A stretch of DNA of 64,000 nt from Macrostomum lignano (Eukaryota), in contig NIVC01002278.1 in the NCBI GenBank assembly GCA_002269645.1, forward strand, positions 123,816 through 187,815. Direction: 5' to 3'. The translations under genes were made by a program, and so were the position numbers. Positions within the stretch are counted from its first letter, which is position 1, and each line of letters begins with the position of its first letter. Positions 1 through 13,300 of this stretch are shown piece by piece. The notes under the pieces were generated by a model. It had not been told where the DNA came from. It made no database searches and worked only from the letters and a program-made list of their open reading frames with translations.

Positions 1-479
1 CTGGCCAAGCAAGCTCCCGTATTTCAGTTTTTATCTGTGAACTTCTCTTTTGCCTTTCCGTGTTTAACGGAACTGGACTGAACTGAACTGGATGTGGGAA
101 CTGAAGCCGGTGGTTGTCACGAGACATAATTCTGGAGGGAGACGGACAGAGAGAGAGAGAGAGAGAGAAGTGTGGGGCCAGCGCGCCAGAGAGGTTCAAG
201 GGTCCGGGTAAAAGGCTTCGCCTGATGAGTGGCAGGCAAATGGCCTGCGATGGAGACTGCGTGAGCAGGGAGAAACTGAGAGATTTGAAGAGAGTCTCGA
301 GCGGGCTTAAGTAGAGACAGGTAGAAGAGTCTGTCTGCCTTTAAAACTTTGATGAAGGGTATTTGCAGGCTGGCGGCGCAGCCTGAGAAATGAGAAGAGA
401 GGCAGCTGGTTGACAACTGCGGGGAAAAAGTTTTGTTTGATGAATTTTAAAGGCTGCGAGGCGCTTGAGTCCCTAATGG

Positions 480-1093
480 TAGCTGATTGATAATGACTCA
501 GTGAGAGATTGATAGCTGAATGTTAATGACTCAGTGAGAGATTGATAGCTGAATGATAATGACTCAGTGAGAGATTGATAGCTGAATGTTAATGACTCAG
601 TGAGAGATTGATAGCTGAATGTTAATGACTCAGTGAGAGATTGATAGCTGAATGTTAATGACTCAGTGAGAGATTGATAGCTGGATGTTAATGACTCAGT
701 GAGAGATTGATAGCTGAATGTTAATGACTCAGTGAGAGATTGATAGCTGAATGTTAATGACTCAGTGAGAGATTGAAAGCTGAATGTTAATGACTCAGTG
801 AGAGATTGATAGCTGAATGTTAATGACTCAGTGAGAGATTGATAGCTGGATGATAATGACTCAGTGAGAGATTGATAGCTGAATGTTAATGACTCAGTGA
901 GAGATTGATAGCTGAATGATAATGACTCAGTGAGAGATTGATGGCTAAATGATAATGACTCAGTGAGAGATTGATAGCTAAATGTTAATGACTCAGTGAG
1001 AGATTGATAGCTGAATGCTAATGACTCAGTGAGAGATTGATAGCTGAATGTTAATGACTCAGTGAGAGATTGATAGCTGAATGTTAATGACTC
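480..1093. repeat. 33-bp minisatellite, about 18 copies
   Basis: Unit aatgactcagtgagagattgatagctgaatgtt; successive starts at 492 and 525 give period 33. Confidence 0.97.
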
Positions 1094-1715
1094 CAGTTTT
1101 ATTTTATTATCTTAAGTACACAGCAATCCGACGAAGTACAACAGCACCGGCGACAAGTGAACTCAACGAGGCGAGTGAATCAAATCAGCCTCAAGCCTCC
1201 CCACCCGCCGCTTTTCTCTTCGCTTCGCCGAGCAGCACTGCCCTTGCGAGCTGCGGGTACCGCGGTGCGTCTCTCGAAGCGCTGACAGACTGGGGGGGGT
1301 TGATTTTGAATTTCGGTTGAGCTCCTCCGCAGGCAAGACAGACGATAGCGAAAGAGAAAAATTGCGGCTTGCGGATGTCGAGACACGGTGGGTTCGCTGA
1401 GCTGAGGCAAATTGGCCTTAACGGGAATGGGAGAACAGGTAACACCTGTGTGCAGGAATGCGATCTTGTGCTCGCCCGAATAAGCGCAGAGTTTAGTCAA
1501 GAAGAAACGAGAAATGAGAGCAGATCAGTGGGTCAAGGATATTCGTAAATTATAAGGGGACTTCAATGGCGTTCAGTGGGTCGCTAGGGTAATCTAAAAT
1601 GTTGGGAGAGGATTAGGAAGGTCAGGAGGGGATCACGCGAGTACAGAAGCTGTTTCTGAGGATGGGTTAGTACGGCTTAGAAGGGTCAGAAGGATCATAA
1701 TCTGTCACAACTTGA

Positions 1716-2236
1716 CACAATCACAGCCTTCCCTGACACAATCACAGCCTAACCTGACACAATTACAGCCTATCCTGACACAATCACAGCTTTCCCTGAC
1801 ACAATCACAGCTTTCCCTGACACAATCACAGCTTTCCCTGACACAATCACAGCCTACCCTGACACAATCACAGCTTTCCCTGACACAATCACAGCCTACC
1901 CTGACACAATCACAGCTTTCCCTGACACAATCACAGCCTACCCTGACACAATCTGAATCTACCCTGACACAATCACAGCTTTCCCTGACACAATCCCAAT
2001 CTACACTGACACAATTACAGCCTACTCTGACACAATCCCAATCTACCCTGGCACAATTACAGCCTACTCTGACACAATCCCAATCTACCCTGACACAATC
2101 ACAGCCTACTCTGACACAATCCCAATCTACTCTGACACAATCACAGCCTACTCTGACACAATCCCAATCTACTCTGACACAATCACAGCCTACTCTGACA
2201 CAATCCCAATCTACCCTGACACAATTACAGCCTACC
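1716..2236. repeat. 21-bp minisatellite
   Basis: Unit cctgacacaatcacagctttc and variants; explains the TQSQLSL and DCVRV ORFs. Confidence 0.95.
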
Positions 2237-3159
2237 ATAGCCAAAATCATATAAAAGCAGATGGCCCTATTTGTTTGACACTTCTCCCTTACCCCAGAAG
2301 CCAAAACTCTACTTCCCACGCTAACAAGCGTTGAAATTGAGTCCCAATTAGAATTTAGTCCTACTCAGGGTATCTGATTGAAGCGCTCAACTCAAAAGAA
2401 GTCGCTAAAGCTATTGTGCAGAAAATTTCTCATAAACCGGGCAAATCAGGCAAATAATTATTCCCTTTGACAACACTAAAGCTCTCATGACCTACTCAGG
2501 CAAATCGCAAAGGCAGACAACTAAAAAAGAGCCGAAAAAGGGACTGCAAATGGAAACACGATGACAAGTGGCTCGAAATTTCAATGCTAAAAAAGCTTCA
2601 ATATGAGAATTTAAAAAGGCGAGACAAAGAGACTACGACGTATGGCTGTGTTGATGGGGCGCTATCAAAGACGAGTCTGCATGAGCCAGCCTTTCTCGAT
2701 AGGGTGGATATTTTCCCTCAGACTAGAGGGGATTAGGGGGATACGAGAAAATCCTAAGCTATAGTCTCGAAATCCCCCGCCTAAAACCCTTGCTGCTGCG
2801 ATTGCCCGCGTTTGTCAGGCCCAGCATCATGGAGGCACCGCGGCGGCAGGACCCGTGGAACTGCCTGCAGGCTTGTAGGAATGCATTGCCGCGATTATTG
2901 CAGGCTCAGACAGTCACGTGCTGTGCTTGCCGGGCTAAGCAAGATATACATAGCCCTTGTCTCGTGCACTCAGCAATGAATCTGTGCAGTGCTTATACAT
3001 GTATAGTTACAGTCGAGAGAAAGTTCTGTACAGCTGCATTGGCTACTTATAACTGAGCGTTGGGTTGCTTTTTACGGACGATAACTATTTAAGATATCGT
3101 TATCGATATCTTAAATATCTTAAATATCTTAAATATTGCGGTATATGATACCAGATAAG

Positions 3160-3664
3160 GTCTGGGAAGCTGGCTGCTCAGCCTGAGGATCTGGGAGAGT
3201 TGCTGCTCAGTCTGAGGATCTGGGAGGCCGGCTGCTCAGCCTGAGGATCTGGGAGGGTTGCTGCTCAGCCTGAGGGTATGGGAGGCTGGCTGCTCAGCCT
3301 GAGGATCTGGGAGAGTTGCTGCTCAGCCTGAGGATCTGGGAGAGTTGCTGCTCAGCCTGAGGGTATGGGAGGCTGGCTGCTCAGCCTGAGGATCTGGGAG
3401 AGTTGCTGCTCAGCCTGAGGGTATGGGAGGCTGGCTGCTCAGCCTGAGGATCTGGGAGAGTTGCTGCTCAGCCTGAGGGTATGGGAGGCTGGCTGCTCAG
3501 CCTGAGGATCTGGGAGAGTTGCTGCTCAGCCTGAGGATCCGGTAGGCTGGCTGCTCAGCCTGAGGATCTGGGAGGCTGGCTGCTCAGCCTGAGGATCTGG
3601 GAGAGTTGCTGCTCAGCCTGAGGATCTGGGAGAGTTGCTGCTCAGCCTGAGGATCTGGGAGGCT
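3160..3664. repeat. 29-30-bp minisatellite
   Basis: Unit gctgctcagcctgaggatctgggagagtt alternating with a ...gagggtatgggaggctg variant. Confidence 0.95.
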
Positions 3665-3777
3665 AACAATCGAAGAGATCGGTCATAACACAACCCGAGA
3701 ATTAGAGAGATAAGTGACTAAAAAATCGAGAAGCCAAAACTCTAAAAAACTATCGACTATCCTGAGAACGTAAAAAC

Positions 3778-3926
3778 GCACAGGCACGCTCACACAGAGT
3801 GTACAGCGGCACTGACTGTCTAATCATCAGGCATGTACACTCTGCGCCTTGGTGGTCCGCTCTCATGGGTGGGAATCGAACCAGGGGTCGCGGCGCAGGA
3901 GTCAGACGCGTTTACCGCTGAGCTGC
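3778..3926 (-). mobile_element. tRNA-derived SINE, family A, copy 1
   Basis: Reverse strand has an A-box-like gcagctcagcggtaaacgcgtctga, a B box ggttcgattccc, and a tail (aaggcgcagagtgtacat...attagac...ctgtgtgagc) homologous to the copy at 37340-37530. Confidence 0.7.
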
Positions 3927-4587
3927 AAAGGTCAGGCGCGACGTTGGATCTCAGGAAATTGGAAAGCACCTCGAGAGGGAGAGAGGAGGTGGCACTAATA
4001 AAGGGCTTCTTAAATCAGAAATCAAATTTGCACACTCGGGGGGAAAAGTCAGAAATGCGATAAAAGGAATTGGCATGAACAGGAAATTTCAGCCACTCGA
4101 TCTCTGCAGCAAAATTTGAGCTGCATCAAAACTGCTTGGGGTTAATAAGTGCCAATTTATTAAAAATGCGAGCATACAAAAATTGAAACACAATTAAAAG
4201 AAGGCGAGCGAAAACAAAACAAAAAAACCGAACAGAAAAATCTAAGAAAAAAGAACAGCGGGGATTGAACAAAAGCAATTCAAGCCCAAAAATGCCTTGC
4301 TAGAATTTTATTAGCTGAAATTGTTTTTGAGGCTTCAATATAAAACTGTGAGTAGATTCTCAGACAGCAATGTGTAAAGAACCCGGGCGGAGAGTGCAAG
4401 CGCACTAAAAATACGAAGACAATAAAATATGCATGAATAAGGAAAGCTGAGCCAACACCAGTTAGGTAACACCGGTAACTGAAAATATTTCAACGATTCT
4501 TTTTCCTCGAATCTCTTTTTTTCTGTCTAGAAAATAAAAACAAAAAATGGAAACGCACTTTTAACTGTTTCAGCAGCAAACGAAAAT

Positions 4588-4713
4588 TTATGCGCGGAAG
4601 CTGAAATCGAACAGCGAGGGCGACTCCTCGTTGGCGGCATCGGCCGCTGCCACTTCCGCTGGGGGAGTCGTGCCTGCCTGTTCGTTCTCCTCGTCTGCTG
4701 CGTCGCATAGCAA
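4588..4713 (-). CDS. Candidate terminal coding exon (LLCDAADEENEQAGTTPPAEVAAADAANEESPSLFDFSFRA*)
   Basis: Acceptor ctgtttcag at 4714, then 42 GC-rich codons ending in TAA at 4588. It may be the last exon of the gene starting at 14045, but the link is not resolved. Confidence 0.5.
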   Translation of the reverse strand: MLCDAADEENEQAGTTPPAEVAAADAANEESPSLFDFSFRA

Positions 4714-4749
4714 CTGAAACAGTGCGAGAGGGACTAAGTGTTGAGTTAC

Positions 4750-6331
4750 TGGGGGCGATTCTACAGGGTGTTTGAGGGGCGATTCTACAGGGGTGTTGGA
4801 GGGGCGATTCTACAGGGTTTTGGAAAAGCGATTCTATAGGGTTTTGGAGGGGCGATTCTACAGGGTGTTTGAGGGGCGATTCCACAGGGTTGTTGGAGGG
4901 GCGATTACACAGGGTCTTGAAGGGCGATTCTACGGGGTGTTGGAGGGGCGATTCCACAGGGTGTTTGAGGGGCGATTCTACGGGGTGTTGGAGGGGCGAT
5001 TCCACAGGGTCTTGAAGGGCGATTCTACGGGGTGTTGGAGGGGCGATTCTACAGGGGTGTTGGAGGGGCGATTCTACAGGGTTGTTGGAGGGGTGATTCC
5101 ACAGGGTTGTTGGAGGGGCGATTACACAGGGTCTTGAAGGGCGATTCTACGGGGTGTTGGAGGGGCGATTCTACAGGGGTGTTGGGGGCGATTCCACAGT
5201 GGCTTGAAGGGCGATTCTACGGGGTGTTGGAGGGGCGATTCTACAGGGTGTTGGAGGGGCGATTCTACGGGGTGTTGGAGGGGCGATTCCACAGGGTCTT
5301 GAAGAGCGATTTTACGGGGTGTTGGAGGGGCGATTCCACAGGGGCTTGAAGGGCGATTCTACGGGGTGTTGGAGGGGCGATTCCACAGGGTCTTGAAGGG
5401 CGATTCTACGGGGTGTTTGAGGGGCGATTCTACAGGGTTGTTGGAGGGGCGATTCCACAGGGTTGTTGGAGAGGCGATTCTACAGGGTTGTTGGAGGGGC
5501 GATACAGGGTTGTTGGAGGAGCGATTCTACAGGGTTGTTGGAGGGGCGATTCCACAGGGGCTTGAAGGGCGATTCTACGGGGTGTTGGAGGGGCGATTCT
5601 ACAGGGTGTTGGAGGGGCGATTCTACGGGGTGTTGGAGGGGCGATTCCACAGGGTCTTGAAGAGCGATTTTACGGGGTGTTGGAGGGGCGATTCCACAGG
5701 GGCTTGAAGGGCGATTCTACGGGGTGTTGGAGGGGCGATTCCACAGGGTCTTGAAGGGCGATTCTACAGGGTTGTTGGAGGGGTGATTCCACAGGGTTGT
5801 TGGAGGGGCGATTCCACAGGGTTGTTGGAGGGGCGATTCCACAGGGGCTTGGAGGGGCGATTCTACAGGGTTGTTGGAGGGGTGATTCCACAGGGTTGTT
5901 TGAGGGGCGATTCTACAGGGTTGTTGGAGGGGTGATTCCACAGGGTTGTTGGAGGGGTGATTCTACAGGGTTGTTGGAGGGGCGATTCTACAGGGTTGTT
6001 GGAGGGGTGATTCCACAGGGTTGTTGGAGGGGCGATTCTACAGGGTTGTTGGAGGGGTGATTCCACAGGGTTGTTGGAGGGGCGATTCTACAGGGTTGTT
6101 GGAGGGGCGATTCCACAGGGTTGTTGGAGGGGCGATTCTACAGGGTTGTTGGAGGGGCGATTCTACAGGGTTGTTGGAGGGGCGATTCTACAGGGTTGTT
6201 GGAGGGGCGATTCCACAGGGTTGTTGGAGGGGCGATTCTACAGGGTTGTTGGAGGGGCGATTCTACAGGGTTGTTGGAGGGGCGATTCTACAGGGTTGTT
6301 GGAGGGGCGATTCCACAGGGGCTTGAAGGGC
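4750..6331. repeat. 24-25-bp G-rich minisatellite
   Basis: Unit ttggaggggcgattctacagggttg; period 25 at 6121-6171. Confidence 0.97.
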
Positions 6332-7540
6332 GAGTTCACAGTGCTGAATTTATAGACATACAAATTTTGGGTTAATAAGCCAAGTTGTCGGTGTTTCTAA
6401 ATGAAAAAAGCGCATTAGATATACCGAACTGGATGAAGCCCCAGTAGAAGTACCCGTTGAAATAATTGAGCAGAAAAAAATTTATCAAAAGAATTCTTAT
6501 ACATACAGCTAAAGTTAATTTTGTTTTTAGAATCTATTTTGGCACTGCTAGAAGTTGAGGCTTGAGAAGCATTCTTATAAATATACACTGTACTGTTGGC
6601 AAACTTCAGCTTCACTTGGCACACTTGCTGCTCCTAGAAGAGGGAGAGAGCCCCCCGATAGTTAGCAATAAATAAGACTGAAGCACGAAAACAGGATGTA
6701 AAGCCTGGCTCGAAATAAATCGTAATGTATGGCTGCATTTCAAAACCAGATGCAAACAGTTTAAAGCAGTCTGTAAATCGAGCTGACTGTTGCTATGCGG
6801 AGTGCTGCAATCGCTTCCGATATGCACAGAAGAATGCAGAGACTTTAAGGCTGTAAAAAGTGTTCCCTTCTACAGCCGGCCAAGTTGCTAGAGAGACTGT
6901 CGCCCTGCACGCGGTTTCCGCCCGGGTTTGTGCCAACACGCCGCCCCCTCCCACCTCCTTCACAGCATCAAGGCAGCGCGGGCAATTCAGTGGGATTATT
7001 TGCCTAACTACGCATATAGCCACAGGCCATGCACTGTCGCGGCGGTCAATTCAACAGTAGGCCGGACGGACAGACAGAACAAGGCGGGAGAGAGTAAGGC
7101 TTGTAAGCAGCAATCGAAATGACCAAAATTGCATGGCCAGCAGGCCTCAAGGGAAAGCCTGAACGGCGGGTCGAGTTAAAGCACCGAATTGGATAGCGGC
7201 AGCTTGAAGATGGCCTCTGGCCCACTTGACTAAATTTGCGGCGCCCGCAAGCGCTCGATGCCACGGCTTAAAATTCACGCTCGAATGCTCGGAATTAGAA
7301 AATATAATAATAATGCTGACTTGTAAGTGCTTCGCTCCCTGCTAGGCTCTGCTTTGAGTTGCAAGGTTGGAACTCGAATTCTTTTAACAGTTTTACTCAA
7401 CAAGTGGCCAGTATTTTTACGAATGAAATTTAAAGCGTCCGCGGAGACTTCCCTACAGACGGAATTTGCTGTGACAATCTAATCAAATCCTTGATTAGAG
7501 AAGGAGAATTCGATTCGGTTTGGAAACTACGCGTTTTTTC

Positions 7541-10056
7541 AATTCATTGAGTACAGCATGATGAAGGACTCAGACTCCGCGGAATCAATTCATTGAGTAC
7601 AGCATGATGAAGGACTCAGACTCTGTGGAATCAATTCATTGAGTACAGAATGATGAAGGACTCAGACTCTGTGGAATCAATTCATTGAGTACATCATGAT
7701 GAAGGACTCAGACTCTGTGGAATCAATTCATTGAGTACAGCATGATGAAGGACTCAGACTCTGTGGAATCAATTCATTGAGTACAGCATGATGAAGGACT
7801 CAGACTCTGCGGAATCAATTCATTGAGTACATCATGATGAAGGACTCAGACTCTGTGGAATCAATTCATTGAGTACATCATGATGAAGGACTCAGACTCT
7901 GCGGAATCAATTCATTGAGTACATCATGATGAAGGACTCAGACTCTGTGGAATCAATTCATTGAGCAACAGCATGATGAAGGACTCAGACTCTGTGGAAT
8001 CAATTAATTGAGCAACAGCATGATGAAGGACTCAGACTCTGTGGAATCAATTCATTGAGCAACAGCATGATGAAGGACTCAGACTCTGGAATCAATTCAT
8101 TGAGCAACAGCATGATGAAGGACTCAGACTCTGTGGAATCAATTAATTGAGCACATCATGATGAAGGACTCAGACTCTGTGGAATCAATTCATTGAGTAC
8201 AGCATGATGAAGGACTCAGACTCCGCGGAATCAATTCATTGAGTACAGAATGATGAAGGACTCAGACTCTGTGGAATCAATTCATTGAGTACAGCATGAT
8301 GAAGGACTCAGACTCTGTGGAATCAATTCATTGAGTACAGCATGATGAAGGACTCAGACTCTGTGGAATCAATTCATTGAGTACAGCATGATGAAGGACT
8401 CAGACTCTGTGGAATCAATTCATTGAGCAACAGCATGATGAAGGACTCAGACTCTGGAATCAATTCATTGAGCAACAGCATGATGAAGGACTCAGACTCT
8501 GGAATCAATTAATTGAGCAACAGCATGATGAAGGACTCAGACTCTGTGGAATCAATTAATTGAGCAACAGCATGATGAAGGACTCAGACTCTGTGGAATC
8601 AATTCATTGAGTACAGCATGATGAAGGACTCAGACTCTGTGGAATCAATTAATTGAGCAACAGCATGATGAAGGACTCAGACTCTGTGGAATCAATTCAT
8701 TTAGCAACAGCATGATGAAGGACTCAGACTCTGGAATCAATTAATTGAGCAACAGCATGATGAAGGACTCAGACTCTGTGGAATCAATTAATTGAGCAAC
8801 AGCATGATGAAGGACTCAGACTCTGTGGAATCAATTCATTGAGCACAGCATGATGAAGGACTCAGACTCTGTGGAATCAATTAATTGAGCAACAGCATGA
8901 TGAAGGACTCAGACTCTGTGGAATCAATTAATTGAGCAACAGCATGATGAAGGACTCAGACTCTGTGGAATCAATTAATTGAGCAACAGCATGATGAAGG
9001 ACTCAGACTCTGGAATCAATTAATTGAGCAACAGCATGATGAAGGACTCAGACTCTGGAATCAATTAATTGAGCAACAGCATGATGAAGGACTCAGACTC
9101 TGTGGAATCAATTAATTGAGCAACAGCATGATGAAGGACTCAGACTCTGTGGAATCAATTCATTGAGTACAGCATGATGAAGGACTCAGACTCTGTGGAA
9201 TCAATTCATTGAGCACATCATGATGAAGGACTCAGACTCTGTGGAATCAATTCATTGAGTACAGCATGATGAAGGACTCAGACTCTGTGGAATCAATTCA
9301 TTGAGCACAGCATGATGAAGGACTCAGACTCTGTGGAATCAATTAATTGAGCAACAGCATGATGAAGGACTCAGACTCTGGAATCAATTAATTGAGCAAC
9401 AGCATGATGAAGGACTCAGACTCTGTGGAATCAATTAATTGAGCAACAGCATGATGAAGGACTCAGACTCTGTGGAATCAATTCATTGAGTACAGCATGA
9501 TGAAGGACTCAGACTCTGTGGAATCAATTCATTGAGCAACAGCATGATGAAGGACTCAGACTCTGGAATCAATTCATTGAGCAACAGCATGATGAAGGAC
9601 TCAGACTCTGGAATCAATTCATTGAGCAACAGCATGATGAAGGACTCAGACTCTGGAATCAATTAATTGAGCAACAGCATGATGAAGGACTCAGACTCTG
9701 TGGAATCAATTAATTGAGCAACAGCATGATGAAGGACTCAGACTCTGGAATCAATTCATTGAGCAACAGCATGATGAAGGACTCAGACTCTGTGGAATCA
9801 ATTCATTGAGTACAGCATGATGAAGGACTCAGACTCTGTGGAATCAATTCATTGAGCAACAGCATGATGAAGGACTCAGACTCTGGAATCAATTCATTGA
9901 GCAACAGCATGATGAAGGACTCAGACTCTGGAATCAATTAATTGAGCAACAGCATGATGAAGGACTCAGACTCTGTGGAATCAATTAATTGAGCAACAGC
10001 ATGATGAAGGACTCAGACTCTGTGGAATCAATTCATTGAGCAACAGCATGATGAAG
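7541..10056. repeat. 44-47-bp minisatellite, about 55 copies
   Basis: Unit aattcattgagtacagcatgatgaaggactcagactctgtggaatc (46 bp) with indel variants. Confidence 0.97.
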
Positions 10057-10306
10057 TACCCAGAGTAATTCAGATCCCAACGGTCTATCGAAAGTGAAAA
10101 CCGAATAAATTTAGCTAGAGATCTGAGATGAATCAAAAGGAAAGCCGGCGCCTTTAATTTGATTTCCAATGTTGGATAGCATGCACAAAGAAGCGGCCAG
10201 CTCTAATCTGTTAATTATAAAAGTACAAGTGCCATGGGCACAGGCTAGACAGATTACTATTAAGAAAAGTAAATTAAACTGCATATTAAATGAGCAGCCC
10301 TCCTAC

Positions 10307-13300
10307 CTCGGATAGAGCATCTCGTATAGTTGGAGTTTTACGACGCAGCCGCAAATTCGATTTACGCTTCGGGGTTGGCGTTAAATCCGCCAGCGGAGGT
10401 TGCGGTTGTGCGCAGACAGGCGCTGGCTGACTGCTAGCATTGGTGTCTGCGGGACAAAGGCAATGCATTGGCTCTGTGCAAAACAAAATTGGCAGCTTTG
10501 TGCTTAATAAATTGCCGATCATTTTGTAAAACACAGCTTGGGTCCCGTATAGAGGGTGACCCAGGCAGGCAGGCGGAACGCAAGAGGACGGATGATGGAT
10601 AGAGGCGGGGTGTGACAGGGGGCGGAAGGTGGATAAAGGCGGGGTGTGACAGGGGGCGGAAGGTGGATAAAGGCGGGGTGTGACAGGGGGCGGAAGGTGG
10701 ATAAAGGCGGGGTGTGACAGGGGGCGGAAGGTGGATAAAGGCGGGGTGTGACAGGGGGCGGAAGGTGGATAAAGGCGGGGTGTGACAGGGGGCGGAAGGT
10801 GGATAAAGGCGGGGTGTGACAGGGGGCGGAAGGTGGATAAAGGCGGGATGTGACAGGGGGCGGAGGATGGATAGGGGCGGGATGTGACAGGGGTGAAGGA
10901 TGGATAGGGGCGGGATGTGACAGGGGTGAAGGATGGATAGGGGCGGGATGTGACAGGGGGTGGAGGATGGATAGGGCGGGATGTGACAGGGGGTGGAGGA
11001 TGGATAGGGGCGGGATGTGACAGGGGGTGAAGGATGGATAGGGGCGGGATGTGACAGGGGGTGAAGGATGGATAGGGGCGGGATGTGACAGGGGGTGGAG
11101 GATGGATAGGGGCGGGATGTGACAGGGGTGGAGGATGGATAGGGGCGGGATGTGACAGGGGGTGGAGGATGGATAGGGGCGGGATGTGACAGGGGGTGGA
11201 GGATGGATAGGGGCGGGATGTGACAGGGGGTGGAGGATGGATAGAGCGGGATGTGACAGGGGTGGAGGATGGATAGGGGCGGGATGTGACAGGGGGTGGA
11301 GGATGGATAGGGGCGGGATGTGACAGGGGGTGGAGTATGGATAGAGCGGGATGTGACAGGGGGTGGAGGATGGATAGAGCGGGATGTGACAGGGGGTGGA
11401 GGATGGATAGGGGCGGGATGTGACAGGGGGTGGAGGATGGATAGGGGCGGGATGTGACAGGGGGTGGAGGATGGATAGGGGCGGGATGTGACAGGGGTGG
11501 AGGATGGATAGAGCGGGATGTGACAGGGGTGGAGGATGGATAGGGGCGGGATGTGACAGGGGGTGGAGGATGGATAGGGGCGGGATGTGACAGGGGGTGG
11601 AGGATGGATAGGGTGGGATGTGACAGGGGGTGGAGGATGGATAGGGGCGGGATGTGACAGGGGGTGGAGGATGGATAGAGCGGGATGTGACAGGGGGTGG
11701 AGGATGGATAGAGCGGGATGTGACAGGGGGTGGAGGATGGATAGGGCGGGAAGTGACAGGGGGTGGAGGATGGATAGGGCGGGATGTGACAGGGGGTGGA
11801 GGATGGATAGAGCGGGATGTGACAGGGGGTGGAGGATGGATAGGGCGGGATGTGACAGGGGGTGGAGGATGGATAGGGCGGGATGTGACAGGGGGTGGAG
11901 GATGGATAGAGCGGGATGTGACAGGGGTGGAGGATGGATAGGGCGGGATGTGACCTGGCGGTAGATAATTTTATAATTGGATAAGTTTAGCAACGCTAAT
12001 AAAAGAAGATATCTGGTAGTCAATGTCGAAGACAATTAATATTCATTATGATACAGCTAATTTACATTATTCACTCACTAAATAAAGTACTATTTTAGTT
12101 ATAGATGTGAGAAATACAGAAGTAGATTAAAATGCAGATTGCAGGATCATAAGCCAGAGAAGTAAACTATGATGATGATATATGGCGACGCGGTTAGGCC
12201 GGCCTCAAAGAGCAACCACACTATAGCAACTTCTTGCCCGAGGTAAATGTATAGCAACAAAAAATCGAAGCCAATATTTCACGCGCAGGCCCAGAATCGG
12301 CAATAAAAAAAGCTCGCAGCCACCCCCCACCACCCCCCTAGCCACGGTCCTAGCGCTCACCGTTGCAGAGTTCAAACACAGTACTTTGCTGAGTAGAATT
12401 GGCCGCCGCGCTAAAACTCATGGCCGCCATGTGGTTGAGCACTGAAATTGATAAAAAAATTCAAATATCCTAATCTGTTTGACAGATCTAGAGAGAGCGA
12501 GAGAACTTATATTTATTCAGATTGCAATATATGCAAAAAAATTTATGCGCAATTAATTTTCAATACGATTTTTATAAAATAACGCTTGTTAACTACTTAA
12601 TAATTATGACTAAGTAGTATAAATAGGGTGCGAAAACTCACACTGGTCGAGTTTGGCGGTGATAGCAGCCAGGCTATGCGCCTGCTGCGCTTCCATAGCC
12701 TGAAACCGGCCGTTCATAAAGTCCCACAGATCCTGCACTGTTGCCTCGCCAAGCTGCAGCAGGCTGGCAGCTGGCACCGACGGCTGACTGCAGTAACGCG
12801 TCCAATCAGTTTGAGTAGCCAGCCCTGGCCTGAACTGTTGCTGACTGTGCCCGGTGCTCATTGCTCCACTGGCTGGAGTGCCTGTGCGCCCAATTGAATT
12901 GCTTGATAGTGTTGTAGCCTGACTGTGCCCGGTGCGGCCTCGCTTGCTGGCTGATTGGTCCTGCTGGCTCATCGATCGCTTCAGGCTCCATGCCTGAGGC
13001 TCCGAGGACCGCTGGCTGAATGCCTGGCTAGCGCTGGCCCGCTGTTGTCCTTGACTGCCGCTGCCGATCTGCTCCGAGGACTGCTGGCTGAATGCCTGGC
13101 CAGCGCTGGCCCGCTGTTGTCCTTGACAACTGGCCCGCTGAGTTGGTCTCTGGCTAGAAGCCTGACTTCCACCTCTAGAGTTTAGTTGCCCTTGACGACC
13201 GCCGGTCTTAGTTACCCTCTGGCTGAAGGCCTCACCAGTAGGAGCAGCGAATGGCATTTGGCTGGAGGAGCCTTGACTAAATCCCCCCATATATTGGCCG

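Noticed and set aside
222-270. Hammerhead ribozyme starting at ctgatgag
   Set aside because: A gcaggc/gcctgc stem follows, but there is no GAAA core at the required position.
2370-2730. Possible plus-strand exons (GYLIEALNSKEVAKAIVQKISH; a 78-codon frame after 2500)
   Set aside because: No recognisable homology and no consistent donor sites; left uncalled.
4490-6375. Many LEGRF/ESPLQ ORFs
   Set aside because: Products of the 25-bp array. The same applies to the ORFs over 1705-2319, 43831-44233 and 44689-45350.
6415-7480. Candidate linking exons for the SQ-rich gene (for example IVTANSVCREVSADALNFIRK... at about 7478-7321)
   Set aside because: Could not chain them in consistent phase to the exon at 4713; needs RNA-seq.
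7541-10056. Tandem C/D snoRNA cluster (ATGATGA in each unit)
   Set aside because: No CTGA D box on the same strand and no terminal stems.
10434-12035. 533-aa ORF and overlapping ORFs
   Set aside because: Translation of a 33-34-bp minisatellite lying in an intron.
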